A program made the translations under genes and the position numbers. Below are positions 48,932 to 64,000 of a stretch of DNA of 64,000 nucleotides, piece by piece; within the stretch, counting starts at the first letter, position 1; each line of letters starts with the position of its first letter. The notes under the pieces are model-generated. The model searched no databases and was not told where the DNA came from. It saw nothing but the letters and a program-made list of their open reading frames with translations. Source of the stretch: Lytechinus pictus (taxonomy: Eukaryota); the NCBI RefSeq assembly GCF_037042905.1, contig NC_087246.1, forward strand, positions 5,334,001-5,398,000. The letters run 5' to 3'.

Positions 48932-50310
48932 CTAATAATAGTAATAATAATAATAAAACATGAGATTTGTATAGCGCACTTTCCATCCTGATTAGATGCT
49001 CAAGGCGCTTCAGAGCAGACAAACAAAAAACTTTTTGCATATAATGCATGTTTGAACAATAATTTTTTTTCAATTCAATTCAAATAAACATTTATTTTCT
49101 TCCATTTCAAAACACTTTTCATAAACATTAGTTCATACAAAAATCATATTGTTATGAGGAATATAAATATGTACATGTTTGGTATAAAGAAGAAGGCGTA
49201 TACCCTAAAAGCCGAGGCTTGTGACGGGATACGCCTATAGACAGAAATACAATACAAAATACAATACAAAAGAAAGGGCAGAGAAAAGAAGAGAAGGAAA
49301 TGGAACGAGAGAGGGAGACGTGAGCGGGAGGCGGGCATGAATTACTGTATAAAATAGAATGCTCAACAAATGTATCAGTGGGGGCAAAAATATAAATGCC
49401 GCAACAACAATTGTCCATGGTTCATGTTAACTTAAAGTCAAAAGGAAACGTAAGTTGAAAAATATTCATATATAAAATGACAGAAGAAGTTTTTTCATTT
49501 TATACTTAAAGCTACTTGACGATAGAGATTGTTTTATGTAATCCGGTATTTCGTTCCATATTTTGGGGCCAGTATAACGAATGTTGTGTTGAAAGATTAT
49601 TTTTCTATGTTTGGGAATGAATATTTGATTATTTGAGCGGGTATCAAAATTATGTATGTTGGAAACATGCGTAAACAAATCACGAAATTTGTGTGGAATT
49701 TGAGAATTTAAACACCTGTAGAGAAACTGACATTGTCGAAGTTTATTGATGTCGTCTAATTTCAACAATTTTAGGGAATGAAACAAATTTTTAGTATTTG
49801 CTAGTGGTATATTGTAATCTGGAGAAATAATACGCACAATTTTATTTTGAAGGGAACATAATTTCTTAAGATGTGTTTGGTATGTGTTCGCCCAGACCAA
49901 ATTACAGTAATAAAAATATGGCAAGATTAAAGAGCAATATAATGTACGCAATACAGTTTTAGGCAAGCAAAAACTTAGGCGATGTATTATTCCAATATTT
50001 TTTGCAACTTTGTTCTCAATTTCATTTATGTGATGTATCCATGTTAAATTACTATCAATAATTACGCCAAGAAACCTTGTATTTTCAACTCTGGGAATAA
50101 TTTGGTTGTTAAGTTTCACCACTACATGATTAAAATCAATACGCCTTGTGGAGTCAATGTCTATCAAAAAGCACTCTTAAACGGGTATGTTTTCAGGTTG
50201 CCCTTGAAGGTGGTCGCTAAAATCTGGGTTTTCAAACTCTGTGGAAGAGAATTCCACAGGTTAGGCCCTGCGTGAGCAAAGGTCCGTTCCCAGCATAATT
50301 TCTTAGCAAC
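48932..50310 (-). mobile_element. Older L2 3' end (ORF2 tail about 50163-50310, 3' tail about 48932-49070) split by a second LINE
   Basis: The minus strand reads ...WERTFAHAGPNLWNSLPQSLK...FKGNLKTYPFKSAF*. The L2-type tail AAGCGCCTTGAGCATC...GTGCGCTATACAAAT and (TTA)n lies at about 48932-49015. Confidence 0.65.
49071..50165 (-). mobile_element. 5'-truncated L2/Crack/CR1-group LINE: 233-codon open C-terminal ORF2 (RT thumb region) plus 3' UTR
   Basis: RFLGVIIDSNLTWIHHI...LYCSLILPYFYYCNLVW...HNFDTRS...YTGPKIWNEIP...FKYKMKK. Ends in AATAAA and (TTGAA)n at about 49071-49096. Confidence 0.9.
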
Positions 50311-51169
50311 TGAAGTCATTTTTATGGTATTATATGAATTTGAAAGGGCGCATTGTTTTTTCTGATTTTCTTACACTGTATAAAAATGTACTTAAAAAAA
50401 ATCAGATGATTTATTGATGTATGGTATTTGAGTGAACGATTCTATGAGAAAATATTACACTTGTAGGTAAAATGGAAATAATATTAAACTAGTATCTGCG
50501 AAATGAGTGTATAAGTTGTCCAGAACTCATTAAAAATCGAAAATTCAGGGTCTGACTTATGCTTTTAGATTGTGTAGACAAAGAAGAAGGGTTGAAAGAA
50601 GACTCACAGATTCAATGAAAATAGAAGGCGTTAGACAAATCGCTCTTCCCACTTTTATATATTTTTCAAATCTTTAAAAAAACACGAGGTGACGAAATAT
50701 TCAACTGATTGACAATTGTGAAAATATTCATCTTTTCGACAGCGTCAACGTTTATTCTACAAGAACAATGATTTCTTATGGAGTGACATGTTTCTCGACT
50801 TCTCAATTGCAGATTTTTTTTCTGCAGACTACATTAGAATGGTCTTGGGTAGCCTTGGCTATCTCAAATCTATATTTAAAATCCAAATATCATGATTTGT
50901 ATTGGATGCTATTTTGACTTAGAATTGAACTTTTGCAACGGTATGAAAGGCCTTGACAACCGTTTATTTACAAAATATATTGGTTCGATGGGGGGGGGGT
51001 GTATCGGAAAATGGAACGATGGGAAAATCGCAGGGAAGTATTTTCTATAGCATTTTATATCTCAACTTCTTTTTTTCTTAGATTGTCTGGAATTTGCTAT
51101 TTATTTCATTATAAAATTGGATTTGACTTTTTTCTGTATTGATTATTGTATTTCTAGAAGGCGTTATAT

Positions 51170-51685
<516 letters not shown>

Positions 51686-54600
51686 ATAACAATATATTCA
51701 GTGTATTTCCTTGAACCCGTCGTCTAGACTAGCGATAGATTCAAATCAAACACAAATTGAGATTGATCTCAATTTATATACATCGTGACTACATAAATCC
51801 CAAATAACACCCAAATCTGTGTTAAAATAACAATAATGTATCACTCATTTTTGTTTTATTATGACCTATCCATTATGTACTCAGACCTTCCGTTTGTATG
51901 TTTGCTTATCCATTTTCATTTGACTTTCCGTTGTGTATATCGACTTTCAAAGTTTTAAACTAATAGAGGCGTAAACAGGTCACGCACAGGCGATCAGAAA
52001 GGAGAATATGGTGATATTATTGAATGCTCTCCAGTGGCTTGTACAAGACATCATAAATCAGATATCATGGTGTAACTGATTGGAAAGATCGTGACTTTTG
52101 TCACTAGGGTGTCATTACATAACTCGAGCTAATAGACGTTGTAAGAATACTGACGCTCATTCGTATGTAATAAGACATATTAAGTAATAGGTGAGTGCAT
52201 GGGGTTATGACAAGAAGTTTGATGTGAGATAAGATGCTATATAGGTGCAACCCTGTATATTTCAAGGCTCCATAAACCGGAGTTTACATTGCAATCGATT
52301 CTCGTGAAGGAAAATTTACCATTCACTTTTCACTTCAAATTTAGTGATTTTACTGTCAGCATGGTCATTTCAGAATGCTTTATTTGTTATATGATGTGAG
52401 GTTCAGCAGCCAACTATATTATTTCATGTGCGATATGTCTGGTCTTAGTATAGTTACACATGACTTTGCATCAGTATCAGATATATATATATATATATAT
52501 TCATGTACAATATACACCGATATATGCTTGCATATACGTGTGTATGCGTGTATTGAGTCTGAGGGGATTGGGTGTGTGTGTGTTTGTATACAATTACCAA
52601 ATTTTTTTCATAGTGAACCCCCTCCTAAAGCTTATATACGGGCATGGATAATAAATTGTATTGTTCATTCAGAATGTTACTCGTTAACCATCAACATCAT
52701 CATCATTAGTAGGAGTAGTATTATTATTATTGTTCTTGTTATTATTATTGTTATTATTATTATTTAGTATTATTATTGTTATTATTATTATCATTACCAC
52801 GATGATGATGATTATTATTATTATCATCACCATCATCACCATCATCATTATTCTATTATCAAATGAAAAAGATTGTGCTATAATTTTCAGTTTTGGTACG
52901 TAAGGAGAGGAGATCAAAAAGCTGAAGACTGTCCGATATTAAACTTCTTGCTTTTTCTTTTTGTTCATGACTCGGTGCAATGATAGGCATATAAGATATG
53001 AAATTTCCTAAAGCATGACATGACTTCGCTACAAATCAATTTATTGTGCCTTCACAGAGGAATAAAATTGATTTTTAACGAATTTTTAATGTAGGACAAA
53101 AAAGTATCAAGTAACTAGGAACACACTGCCATACAATAGGGTAAGGCGAAGTGCACCCACTCTTTATTTTTCCATCTTAGAACCTAAACCATGAACGCGA
53201 ATGAAAACGTATGTCAAATTCCCCATCAAAGAGTAGTCATGGGAGTCAGTCAATGAACTTTCTTTTTTTTATTCTATCTCATCTATGTTTTGAATAGATA
53301 GGAGGGTAAAACGTAGAGTTTCAGATGTATATAACGTTGAACTCCCGCCCAACGTTGTTTATACTGGCTGGGCAAGGAGGGTCTGCTTGTATGGGCAGTT
53401 TTGTTGGCGTACTATTCCAGCTCGCCGGTCCCCGCACGCGACACTGAATCCCCGCACCACTCAACGCTTAAACCGCACGGGGCCTCCTTAAGACCACACT
53501 TAGTATTCCATACCCTACCCTTCAGATTAGCATCCAAACATAAATTCAGTGCGTCGGAGTTACAGGGTTTTTTAACAACTTTCCAAATGCTTGATAGTGT
53601 GATGAATGCGGGTAACTGTCAATCTAGATCTAAATAGTCCATGTTCTACATCTACTAATGGGTCTTAATCCTAACGCACTATAGAAATATCCATACCATG
53701 CAAACAAGAAATTGATTCAAACAAAAACAAAGAGCATTGTGAGAAATTAAGTCCGCTGTTCCCCCAAGACGTGGGTTTTTACCTGAATTCGGTGAAATTG
53801 ACTTGACAACGAAGCCATACAAATCAAAAGTACCGTGAGAATATGCGTGATCACATAATGACTTCGAAAATAAAGAAACCATTCCTACATAGAAGACCCG
53901 TCTCTCTACGTCATATTATCAGCATTATGTAGATATCAATTGCTATTGTTTTTCATAATGAAATAAGATTATTTTATCTGTAGAATGATATTAATACCAT
54001 AAAAATTATGTTGTTCATAAGATCAACACAAATGATTGACACATTTATTATTTTATCTAATATGGTTTAATGCAAACGCATTAATTGGAATCCCAATCAA
54101 CCAAACAAAGAATGACATTACACGAAAAAAAAAATTATTTCACGTTCATATCATATTTATGTTATTTGATGACGCTGCAAACTCTACTCTTTCCCAAAGT
54201 AAACTAAAAGCATTCTTACAATGTTTTACTTGTTAAAGCTTTTGTGTGTGTGTGTGTGCAACGCAATGAAAGATGTGATTACTCTTTACTATTATTCCAA
54301 ATCGATAAAACACTTTGAGGTCATTAATACAACCAAAGAAAAAATATTGAGCTATCTAAAATCTTCCGTAAAATGTATTTGAAGGGCTATTATTAGAACA
54401 ATTTTGCAGGTGTTAGAAAAGGCTTAATAGTCCAAGACTTTTAACAATTTATGATAGAAGCGAAGTGAGCATGTTGAAGGTGGGGGCTACTAAAGATGGG
54501 TCTGTCTCACTCGATACATATTCATGACTATTTCATGATTATTTCATGACTATTTCCCCCATAGACCAGTGTGTCACATCATTTTGTTCTCATCCTCAGA

Positions 54601-54687
54601 TGTCAGTATTAGATTACGTAATCGAACCCACCGTTGCTTCCCAGAAGAACACACCGCCTAGATGCCTCAATTCCTGCAACAGAACGA

Positions 54688-54726
<39 letters not shown>

Positions 54727-55589
54727 TTGTATTTATATTTATATATATACAGTTTGATTAGATGCAATCAACGTATAAGGTTAAGCACTGCACCGAATAT
54801 AAAAATTATTATCATCATTACTATTATTATCATTACTATTATTATTATTATCATTATTATTATCATCATCATCAGCAGCAGCATTATTACCATCATCATT
54901 GTTACTTTTATTCACATTAACGAAATCATGATATATAGCTACTATTTTGTGCCCCCGGGCGCAATCATTTTGTTAGGGTGCCAACATAATTGAGTGGCGT
55001 TTATATTTCGAAAAAATCCTAACTCGTATTTCTTTTGCATTATGAAGTTGTTGTGTGGGGGAAAATGTTGCAATACTTAATAGTTCTGCCAAACTTTAGA
55101 CACTTTATTATACTGATATATAAATAACATTAATAAGGAGCTGCACACACATGACCCCATTAATATATGCATTTCATTAGTATGCATACCTGACTTCGAA
55201 ATACATCGGTCATAGTAACCGTCGAAGCAGGAATCTATTTCACTGTATTGGAAGACGGCGACAGAAGACGAATATGCTTCTAAAAGCATGCCTGTCTGTT
55301 TCGGGTTGCCGATGGGGGCAGTCCCCAGTGGAACGCCGCCTCATCAAAGTTGCATATCTCTACCCGACACGCTTCAATGCACTCTCATCCTCATATCTAT
55401 CATTAGCCGTAGCTCCAGACCCCTCCTTACAATCTGTGAATATTATTTTGATTTTTGATTTGATTTTCATTGTTTCACATTCCATCAAAATACATACATC
55501 TTGAACAGATTAGAACATAATGAAAATAATTACATTCACTGTTTAACAAAGTAATTGCATTGAGTTACGTGAAAGATGGGGAACCTATT

Positions 55590-56900
55590 AAAAAGCAAAG
55601 CTTGTAATGATAGGTTCCAAGAAAATATATTGATTAAAAATCAATATGGGGATTGTTGTGTGCGAAAAATAAACTAGCATCAATTGCGAAAAGAAGAAGT
55701 GATAATAAAGAGGACGAGTTTTGAAAATCATTTTTGTATGAAATAAATAATAATGGCCCCAAAAGGGAACATTGAAGCACACCACAGACAATGCGTTGAA
55801 TTTCAGAATCAGAATTATTGATAACTACAAGTTGAGTTCTGTTTATGAGGTAACTTTTGAACCACTCCAAGGCCTATCCAAGAATCCCAGTAACAAACCC
55901 TTTCATTCTTTTCTGCCAAATCGAAATCCTCATATTATTTTCACCAATTACGTTCTACAATTACAATTACGCTCTACAAAATATTGAGAAAGTTTGTATA
56001 AAAATATTTCATGATTGATCGTGTCGAAGGCCTTAGAGAAGTCCAGAAAAATACCAGCTACATGAGATTTTCTATCAATCGCCTTGGTAACTTTATAAAT
56101 TAATAACAATATTGCATGAACTGTTGAGTGTTTTTTACGAAAGCCAAACTGAAAATTAATAAAGATATTAAAATTCGTAAGAAATTTCATCGTACGAGAA
56201 TACACTGTTTTTTTCTAAAATTATTGGAAAAAGTAGTCAACAAGGAAAGAGGCCGATAATTACCCAATTCGTCCTCTGAACATTTTTTATGGATAGTTAT
56301 AACTTTAACGACCTTCATTTTATCAGGGGCAATTCCACATTACAAAGAAAGATTATAATATGCGTTAAGGGCATTACAATATGAATAATTTTCATGAGAA
56401 ATTATAAGAAATAACATTAAAACCTCAATTTTTTCACCGGGAGATTCGTAACTTTTTTTTGTGCTCAGTACATTGTAAAATTTTTGAAAATTGTAAAATT
56501 TTAACCAGCGCGAGCATGACGAGGGTAATTAATGTGACCAACCAATTTGGGTGAGTATTTTACCAAATGCAGGAAGCATATTGTCCAGTAAGGTTAAAAA
56601 ATAAGCAGCAATTACTTTAGAATGGGCAAAATTTCATCACACTGGATAAATAAAAATGCCCAAAAGAAATGCCCAATGTTGGTTAGATGTATAATCACCC
56701 TCATGGAGCATTAATTTTACCCAATATTTTGTAGAGCGTAATTGGTAAAAATAATATGAGGATTTCGATTTGGCAGAAAAGAATGAAAGGGTTTGTTACT
56801 GTTGGGTATATCATTCGCCAAGTTTGGGCCAATGTTTACAAAGAAAGATTTAAACGCTTCTGCAATATCAGCATCACCTGCAATTTCCTTATTTGTTATT
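55590..56900 (-). mobile_element. Degraded L2/CR1-group reverse transcriptase fragment with insertions
   Basis: Frameshifted motifs FFVNIGPNLA, NYRPLSLL, QFGFRKKHSTVHA, GIFLDFSKAFDTINH, EWFKSYLINRTQ and CGVLQCSLLGPLLF. Confidence 0.9.
56471..56738. mobile_element. Degenerate CACT-type MITE inserted in the LINE, TA TSD
   Basis: TA|CATTGTAAAATTTTTG...TTTTACCCAATATTTTGTAGAGCG|TA, with TTTTACC/GGTAAAA-like internal motifs. Confidence 0.55.
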
Positions 56901-58249
56901 AAGCATGCACAAAACGTTATTATAAAGACTGCAAGCATCATATGAATAATGATTATTTTGATATAATATTGATACATTAAACAAAAAGAATCAAATGAGA
57001 AGTCGTTCACCTGAGAAAGGAGAAACCAAGTGCAAAATTAGATTTCAATGTGACTCCAACAAGTCTGTTTACAAGGATAAACAAGAAAATGAGATTGTCA
57101 ACATTCCATGTCATAAGCTATCAGACCCTTTATCGTTATTTTGTAATAACCTTTTTTCCCTTCTTCCGATCCTAAACAATATTTGTTTTTTTCTGTCAAT
57201 CTTTACACTAGGTACCGGTTAAGGGAGTCATTAAAGAGACTATTAATCTTCTATAGATGGCAGCTACAATGTACAGAGGCCAAAAAGACACCACAAACAC
57301 AATTCATCAAATATAAATGGATAAGGGTGGACAAACGGTACTTCTTTTTAGTAATAACGTGCTTACTGGTGGCTATACACGATGTAAAGACGTTATTAGG
57401 TTATTATTAGTGTTTTCTTGTTACTTTAAGCATTGTTATCATCACCGAGAGACGTTTGCTCAAAATTCAATGACTTTCCTGGATTTAAAAAAAAAATCGT
57501 CTATTTAAAAGGTAGGATCACTGTAATGTTCAACGAATTCGCTCCATTAATCTCAGCATATCTTACTCATTGGTGGCGATCGGGGGTGGGGATTGTTTTT
57601 CTTAAAGTTTGAATTTCGTATATAGAAGCCTTTAAAAAAATAATGTATTGTCCTGATATTTCTCGACAATGAATATTCTTTTTGTATTATCATGACTATT
57701 TGGGGGTACTACCACATAAATTTTTGTGTGGTGGGCCTAAATTTTGTTTCTCTCAAACTCTCAAATTTGCAATAAGTGAATAATAATATATATTAAAAGA
57801 CAATATGAAATAACATCTCTTTTCACTTTGTATTTCAACTACTTCAAAGGGCAACTCTCCAGAAATGATTTTCAGCGGTAAATATTTTGAACTCTTATAC
57901 CGCAAGCCCGGGCATTTTCTTTTAGGCAAATTACACAATCCATGTTAGAACGTGATATGAAAATATGATAAAATAATGTAAATTGTATTCTTAACAATCG
58001 TAGCTAAATTCAGGGTATCTGAATTATAGAAACTCAATTTCGTATTTAACATATCGTTCTGTCGTCATAAAGAGAATGGAAAATTAGCTAGATTTTTTAG
58101 GGGGATTGTTGTATTTTATCAACACAATGAAAGGTTTTATTTGTAGATTGGATGATAAAAGATAATGAATTACCAAGGTGGTGCAACAGGGGGCGGCAGG
58201 GACAACCTCCCCTATGCTTTTTTCATGTAGTGAAAAAACAGGAGGAAAA

Positions 58250-58437
58250 AAGAAGGAAGAGAAAGAAAGAAAGAAAGAAAGAAAGAGAAAGAAAGAAAGA
58301 AAGAAAGAAAAAAGAAAGAAAGAAAGAAAAAAGGAAGAAAGAGAAAGAAAGAAAGAAAGTAAAAGAAAGAAAGAAATAAAGAAAGAAAGAAAAAGAAAGA
58401 AAGAAAGAAAAAGAAAGAAAGGAAGAAAGAAAGAAAG

Positions 58438-58468
<31 letters not shown>

Positions 58469-58488
58469 GAAAGAAATAAAGAAGAAAG

Positions 58489-58579
<91 letters not shown>

Positions 58580-58585
58580 AAAGAG
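58250..58585. repeat. (GAAA)n microsatellite
   Basis: Seen directly. Confidence 0.95.
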
Positions 58586-61500
58586 GGAGAGGGAAAAGAG
58601 CATTAAGTAGAGAACTCGACCATGTTTAACTATACCACACTTATAGAAAGGAGATATGATATCTCCCTTGAGTCGCCCCCCTCCCAGCATTGGTGCATTC
58701 CTTTGGTGGACATAACATTCCAAAGCTTTGTTACATTTTACAAAACATGTATATGTATGCAAATGAGAAAGTCGATGATTTCTCCCCTCACCCAAACCAC
58801 TAATAATTTTGCATTTGATGATATAAAATATCTATAACTTTTGAAGATTCCATGAGAAGGAAGCTACTGAATGCATTTTTATAAGTTAATATAATGTCTA
58901 CTTGAATTGTTCAAGGCAAGTTTACACCACGTCTGTAATCGGCAAATTCGGAAAAGCTATAAAATAATGTTTGATTTCACATCCACTTTAAATGTGAAGC
59001 GGAAATTTCAGTGATGCACTCTTTTTTTTATTCATTCAAATCAATTTATTGATATTAACATTTCAATAAATGGCATCTTGAAATCAAACGTTGAAACGAA
59101 GTTATTTCCTTATTTATTATCATGGTAATACTCGGACATTCACCATTACTTCTGGTTTCTAGGGTTTTAATATTTTGTGGCGGACAACACATATATACTA
59201 TCGGTCAGGGTACTAAGAACTAAAATAGATACTTTCCCAGCGTTTGTCCCTATCTTATTTATTGTTTCGTAATACTTTTTATCATCTCTCTTCATTGAAA
59301 TATCCTGACATCATGTCAAGCATTCGAATCTCAATTTACTCGAAATTATACACCGAGTCACGCAAAAATCTAGTGTGACGTATAAAGACTTTAACGGGAC
59401 AGACGGTGAGGGGTGTGAAAACCTATCAACAGCGTTGAATTTGTCACGTGGTTTATGCACTTCTATCATCATATTCATAATGTCATTTAATAATGTCATT
59501 GAGATTCATTGGGTATCCACATTAACGCGATAATTTTCTTTATCATTCAAAGTGATAATCTCTTACATGGATTTTTTCACCACGAAAAAAGGTGATGATT
59601 TATTCAACCTTCACTCAAAGGAACAACATATCTTTTCATGTAAAAAGACACATACACACCCATCCGCAACCTCTTACACACTTATACACTCACACACACC
59701 CCTCCACCCTCTCACATACTTCGACACACACACAAACACAATGTTTCATTATTGTTCCAGTGTTATTAACAAAATTAATTATGGAAATTCGATGGATTTT
59801 TAGGAATGATTTAACTCAGTAATAGTATTGCCTATTCTTGCTTGCTGTATTTTTTTTTCTCTGACAAATTTCATGAAATTAAACTACTTTGTACCCACCC
59901 ACCTTTGATTTTCATCAATGTTTTTTTTTTTTATTCTAAGATTCTAAAATATTACAAGAGTTGTGCAGTTTACCAGACGAATTCATATCGAAATGATATA
60001 TATGTATTCGAAAAGATAGATTAAATCTGATATTCTAGATATTGCATTGCATTCCTTTGGGGATATCAAGAAACAAGGTGTTCGGATTGTCAACTACAGT
60101 GGCCCAGTTTGCACGAATAGAATTCATATTATGACAGGAAATAACTACAGCGATATGGAAATGTATTCATCTTTTGTCAGGTAACCAATAGGTAAAATCC
60201 ACTTGTCATAAATACCCCCTAAGGCGGCTGGTCGCATTGTAGTATTCACTCAAAAATTCCGTGAGTGATATTTGGCGATATAACGCTACACCCAAGAGAG
60301 CCAAAGAAACACTACAGATTCTTGAAATCACATCGATTTGTATCAAGTATCATTATATTTGTCAATCAAAATCCCCAATCGGACTATTTTCCTCTACAAG
60401 ACAGTATGAAGTCAAATTTACCAAGCACTTCCGTATAATTCCCTCTTTACTTCTTCGTGATTTGACATATGAATCTTTCAACGCCTTACGTTTGATGGCA
60501 AGAGAGAAGAAGTAAAGGTAAAGAAATTATTGAGAAGAGAGGAGTTTGTGCGACGTTACTTTGGCGTTTGTCGTATTAGAAGGATCCCTGCACTATTTGG
60601 TTTTTACGTCACGGTTGGTGGGGTTGCTACTGACGGGCCTCCAGCCCGGGAGCTCGTTCCTTCACGCGCTCGTAACCACTGATTGCGCGGCGCGGTATTC
60701 TATGACTACCAAATGAACCAAATCGCACAAGATCGATGAAGAACCTCTTTGGTTTTCCCTCTTCGTTGCGGAACATTTTTTGACAAATTGGGTCCATTTC
60801 GGGCCATTCGGGCAAAGCGATCACTCAGGCGCGTCTACGACGTAGAAAGGCAAGAAAATAAGTGTGAGATAATGGGCTAACAATTGAGCTGCAGAGAATA
60901 GGACGAACAAAAATATGATAAGGATTAAAATGCAGAGCGACAGATGGACGTAAAAGGGGGTTACCGGTTGGCTTTAATTCTTACAAAACACTATTCTAGC
61001 ATCAATTCTACTGCGAGAAAGAATGGAGAGAGCATCGATGGGTTAACGAGAATATGACGAACACTTAGGGGGAGATGGGAGGGCCGAGACAGGTCCTCTG
61101 AGGAGAAAATTGAAGGGTAAAGTGGGTAGAGGGATAGCTGTTAATGAATTAGTTAAACAGCAAAAAGAAAGAAACAAGTGTAATCAATAATTTTATATGA
61201 TAAATACAATATTTTCATCAATCTACTTAGGAATGTATATACCTTTATCTCATTCAAACATATATCATGTATATTCAGTTGTTAAAATAAAGTGAAATTA
61301 ATCTCTGAAAACTAACAATTCAGGTGATAAAAATTAAGTTGGGCCGAAAAATACTCGGCCAAGGAAACGAACACGCACAATTGCACACACACGCACATAG
61401 AGAGAGAGAGAAAACAAGACAATTTCCGTCACCGAAATAACCGAGATAAGCACAGACACCCCCACACACACACCCTCACACACAGATAATATCAGATACG

Positions 61501-61983
61501 CACACTGGACCATTCTTGGTAATTTTGGTTTTTATTATATATTCCATTCCATGTGTATAAAACTACCAATTCCCTTCATCTTATGCATCTTATGAAATCG
61601 CCCTTGCAGATGATTATTGTTCATTATGTGAATTTCTTCCCCGTAAATGATCCTTGATGATAAATAAGAAATTATTACTTGTCTTATTTAATGTAATAAT
61701 TGGCTTGCTTAAAATGATGGCCTTAATATATATAATTTTGCTAGTTGTTTACGAAGTATAAACCACGCTTTTGAGAGTGTATCAAGCTCTGATTTACAGA
61801 GCTTGAAAAGACACACGTGTAAAACCGGAAAATTTGACTCAAACAAACAGAGCCGCCGTGAATGCGATGCAACAAAGAGTGCGCTCGCGAGAAAATGCGT
61901 GCTTTTGTGCCTGCATTGAGTAAAGCTGTCGCCTCGACTCATGATCATGCCGCAAAAATAAACCTTTTCGATGGCGTATTCTT

Positions 61984-62043
61984 GGGCGTGGTCACAACGC
62001 TGTTGATGGACGTGCGCATTGGACCAATCAGGATTCGTTATAA
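61984..62043. promoter_or_regulatory. Possible promoter or enhancer motif cluster
   Basis: GC box GGGCGTGG (61984), back-to-back ATTGG and CCAATCA (62018-62030) and TATAA (62039) in CpG-richer, non-repetitive sequence. No linked gene identified. Confidence 0.25.
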
Positions 62044-64000
62044 GTAGTGCTTGTCTAAATGATGTACCCTAGTCGGAGGCACTTCATAATAGGTCTTTAA
62101 TTGGTGTTTCGGCACGATCTCCGATGAATCGACGCAAAGAACTTTTTTTTTACCTCCTTTCCTTCTCATTTCTCACCAGGACGTGAATCTTGGAGATATA
62201 AATATAACCATTCTCGCTCTCCCGACACCAAGTTTTTCACGGGTGTATCAAGGTTGGGAATGCGCGCACAGTGGCATTGTTTTTTTTTCTTCCACTCTCT
62301 CATACCTCTGTACTTCACCCCCAAAAGCGAGAGCTCTGCTCCGGACTTGAGAAGTTCGTCGCCGACATCGTTCGATTTTGTCGCCCCCTTGGAAGTTTGT
62401 AAGCTGCTGATTGTAAGGTTGTTTCTTGACTCGGTAGTGGTGACAAGTTGGAATGATGTATGACGGCAGCGAGGAGTACCTCAACCACCATCGTGCCCGT
62501 GCTCACGCCTTTGCTCTCAACAGCATCGTGCCCCCAGCACCTAGGAGCTTCTCCTACCCCGGTCTACCCATGCAATCATCAAACCATAACTCGTTAGGAT
62601 TCTCAGGTGAGGTGTAACAAACCCCTTCATACTCGACCCACTTTAACACCTTTCAACAAACACCCGCCCTCTTAATCTATTGCTTCCTAGTCTATCGGAT
62701 TACATAACAGATCCAAAATATTGTTTTCAAGATGACAGTTTCAAGCTTCAAAATCTTATTTTAATGTTTATCTTTCAATTTTATCATGTTGTACTTTTAA
62801 ATAGTTAGGTATTACAATACACATTCAGTGTATTGTAGTATGGGTATTGCTCCTCCGTATATTTATTGGTTTTGTTTTCATCATAGTCGATGATATGACA
62901 GACCAACAGATTACTGTTTATTGGTGTTTCGAGCAAAATTATTGGTATAGCTGTAAAGGGGTGGGGGTAATTTATGAAAACTTTGATCAAGAAGGAAATA
63001 ATGGCTCAAGTACTAAGTTTACTAAAATTATCCTTAATAGTTAAAACGGATTAAATTTAAGTGTAAGAAAATCGTATTTCTTACAAACTGAAGGCATTTC
63101 AATAAACCAATGATACCAAAAGTCATGATAGTACCGCTTAAATCATGCCAAATACGATCAAAATGATTTGATAACTTAGAAACAAGTTACATTTTTTCAT
63201 GTCTGAATATTTGATAGTCCTAGTTCAAAAGCTTTATTTAGCGTGAAAATATATCATCATTGTTATTATTATCATTTTTATTATCATCATCTAGTTGGAA
63301 TGATACATCTTCTCACAATTCAGAATATGAAGTACATGTAATTAAATAATTATAGGGCCTACGAAGAAAATGAAAACTTTGATAATGACTTAAATGTACA
63401 ATAGCTTTCTTTTATCTGACATAGTTTTAATGTTTCTATTTCTTAAGAATAAATTTGTATTGAATTATTAAGGAATTCCGCGAGTATTGTAAGTTCAATG
63501 TGTTTGATTGGAAAGGAGACTGTGCATTTTATTTTTTTTAAGTCATATAATTTTCCAGTTTCCGTTTTATTCAAAACTGGTTTCAAAGTATGTGTAAGCA
63601 ATTAGAGAGTTTAGAATATAGAGTAGAATATACAAGTCATTACCATCTTTAATTAGTACTTTAAGAATAAATCAGCCACAATGGATAAAAGCCAGCGTAT
63701 ACCCCTTTGCGGTCCCCTATTCTTGTTAAATATTTAGAGTGTTGGATACGGCTGAGTGGGACTGGCTGTCACCCTATCTGATGGGTTAGCTATGCACGGG
63801 CTGTGGCGGGCGGCTATATGCTCCTCTGCTCGCCTCTTAGGCTGGCCACAACGACAACCCAATACATCGATCCTCCCCCTCCCTCTCATCCGCCTTCGAC
63901 CCAGAAACTAATGTCTTATTGACACACAGCATTTGCCCAAGCAAAGCATCTTTAGCTACTAGTACCCTCTAATATCCCTAAATTCGTTTATATTACCAGA

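Overview
AT-rich, intron- and repeat-dense animal genomic DNA. The repeat types and gene style suggest an echinoderm such as a sea urchin; this is an inference. The only host gene I can support is the 3' part of a + strand gene encoding two tandem F5/8 type C (discoidin, FA58C) domains. It has six phase-compatible exons between 3533 and 31233, and its second domain is split by a 22.4-kb intron (8162-30557). Most of that intron is one 17.3-kb element (10979-28304) with CCCAGGTAACAA terminal inverted repeats (TIRs), a 2-bp TA target-site duplication (TSD) and long CAACGTTG subterminal arrays. It resembles animal EnSpm/CACTA elements but shows no transposase. It sits inside a MITE and itself carries a related 1.5-kb CCCAGG element, two tandem hairpin elements and other cargo. 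A near-identical right end of the same element occupies 1-2196 and supplies the empty site for the nested insertion. The rest of the window (31.5-64 kb) is intergenic: hAT-like, Kolobok-like and other MITEs, LINE and SINE fragments, and microsatellites. Almost all ORF-track entries are spurious.
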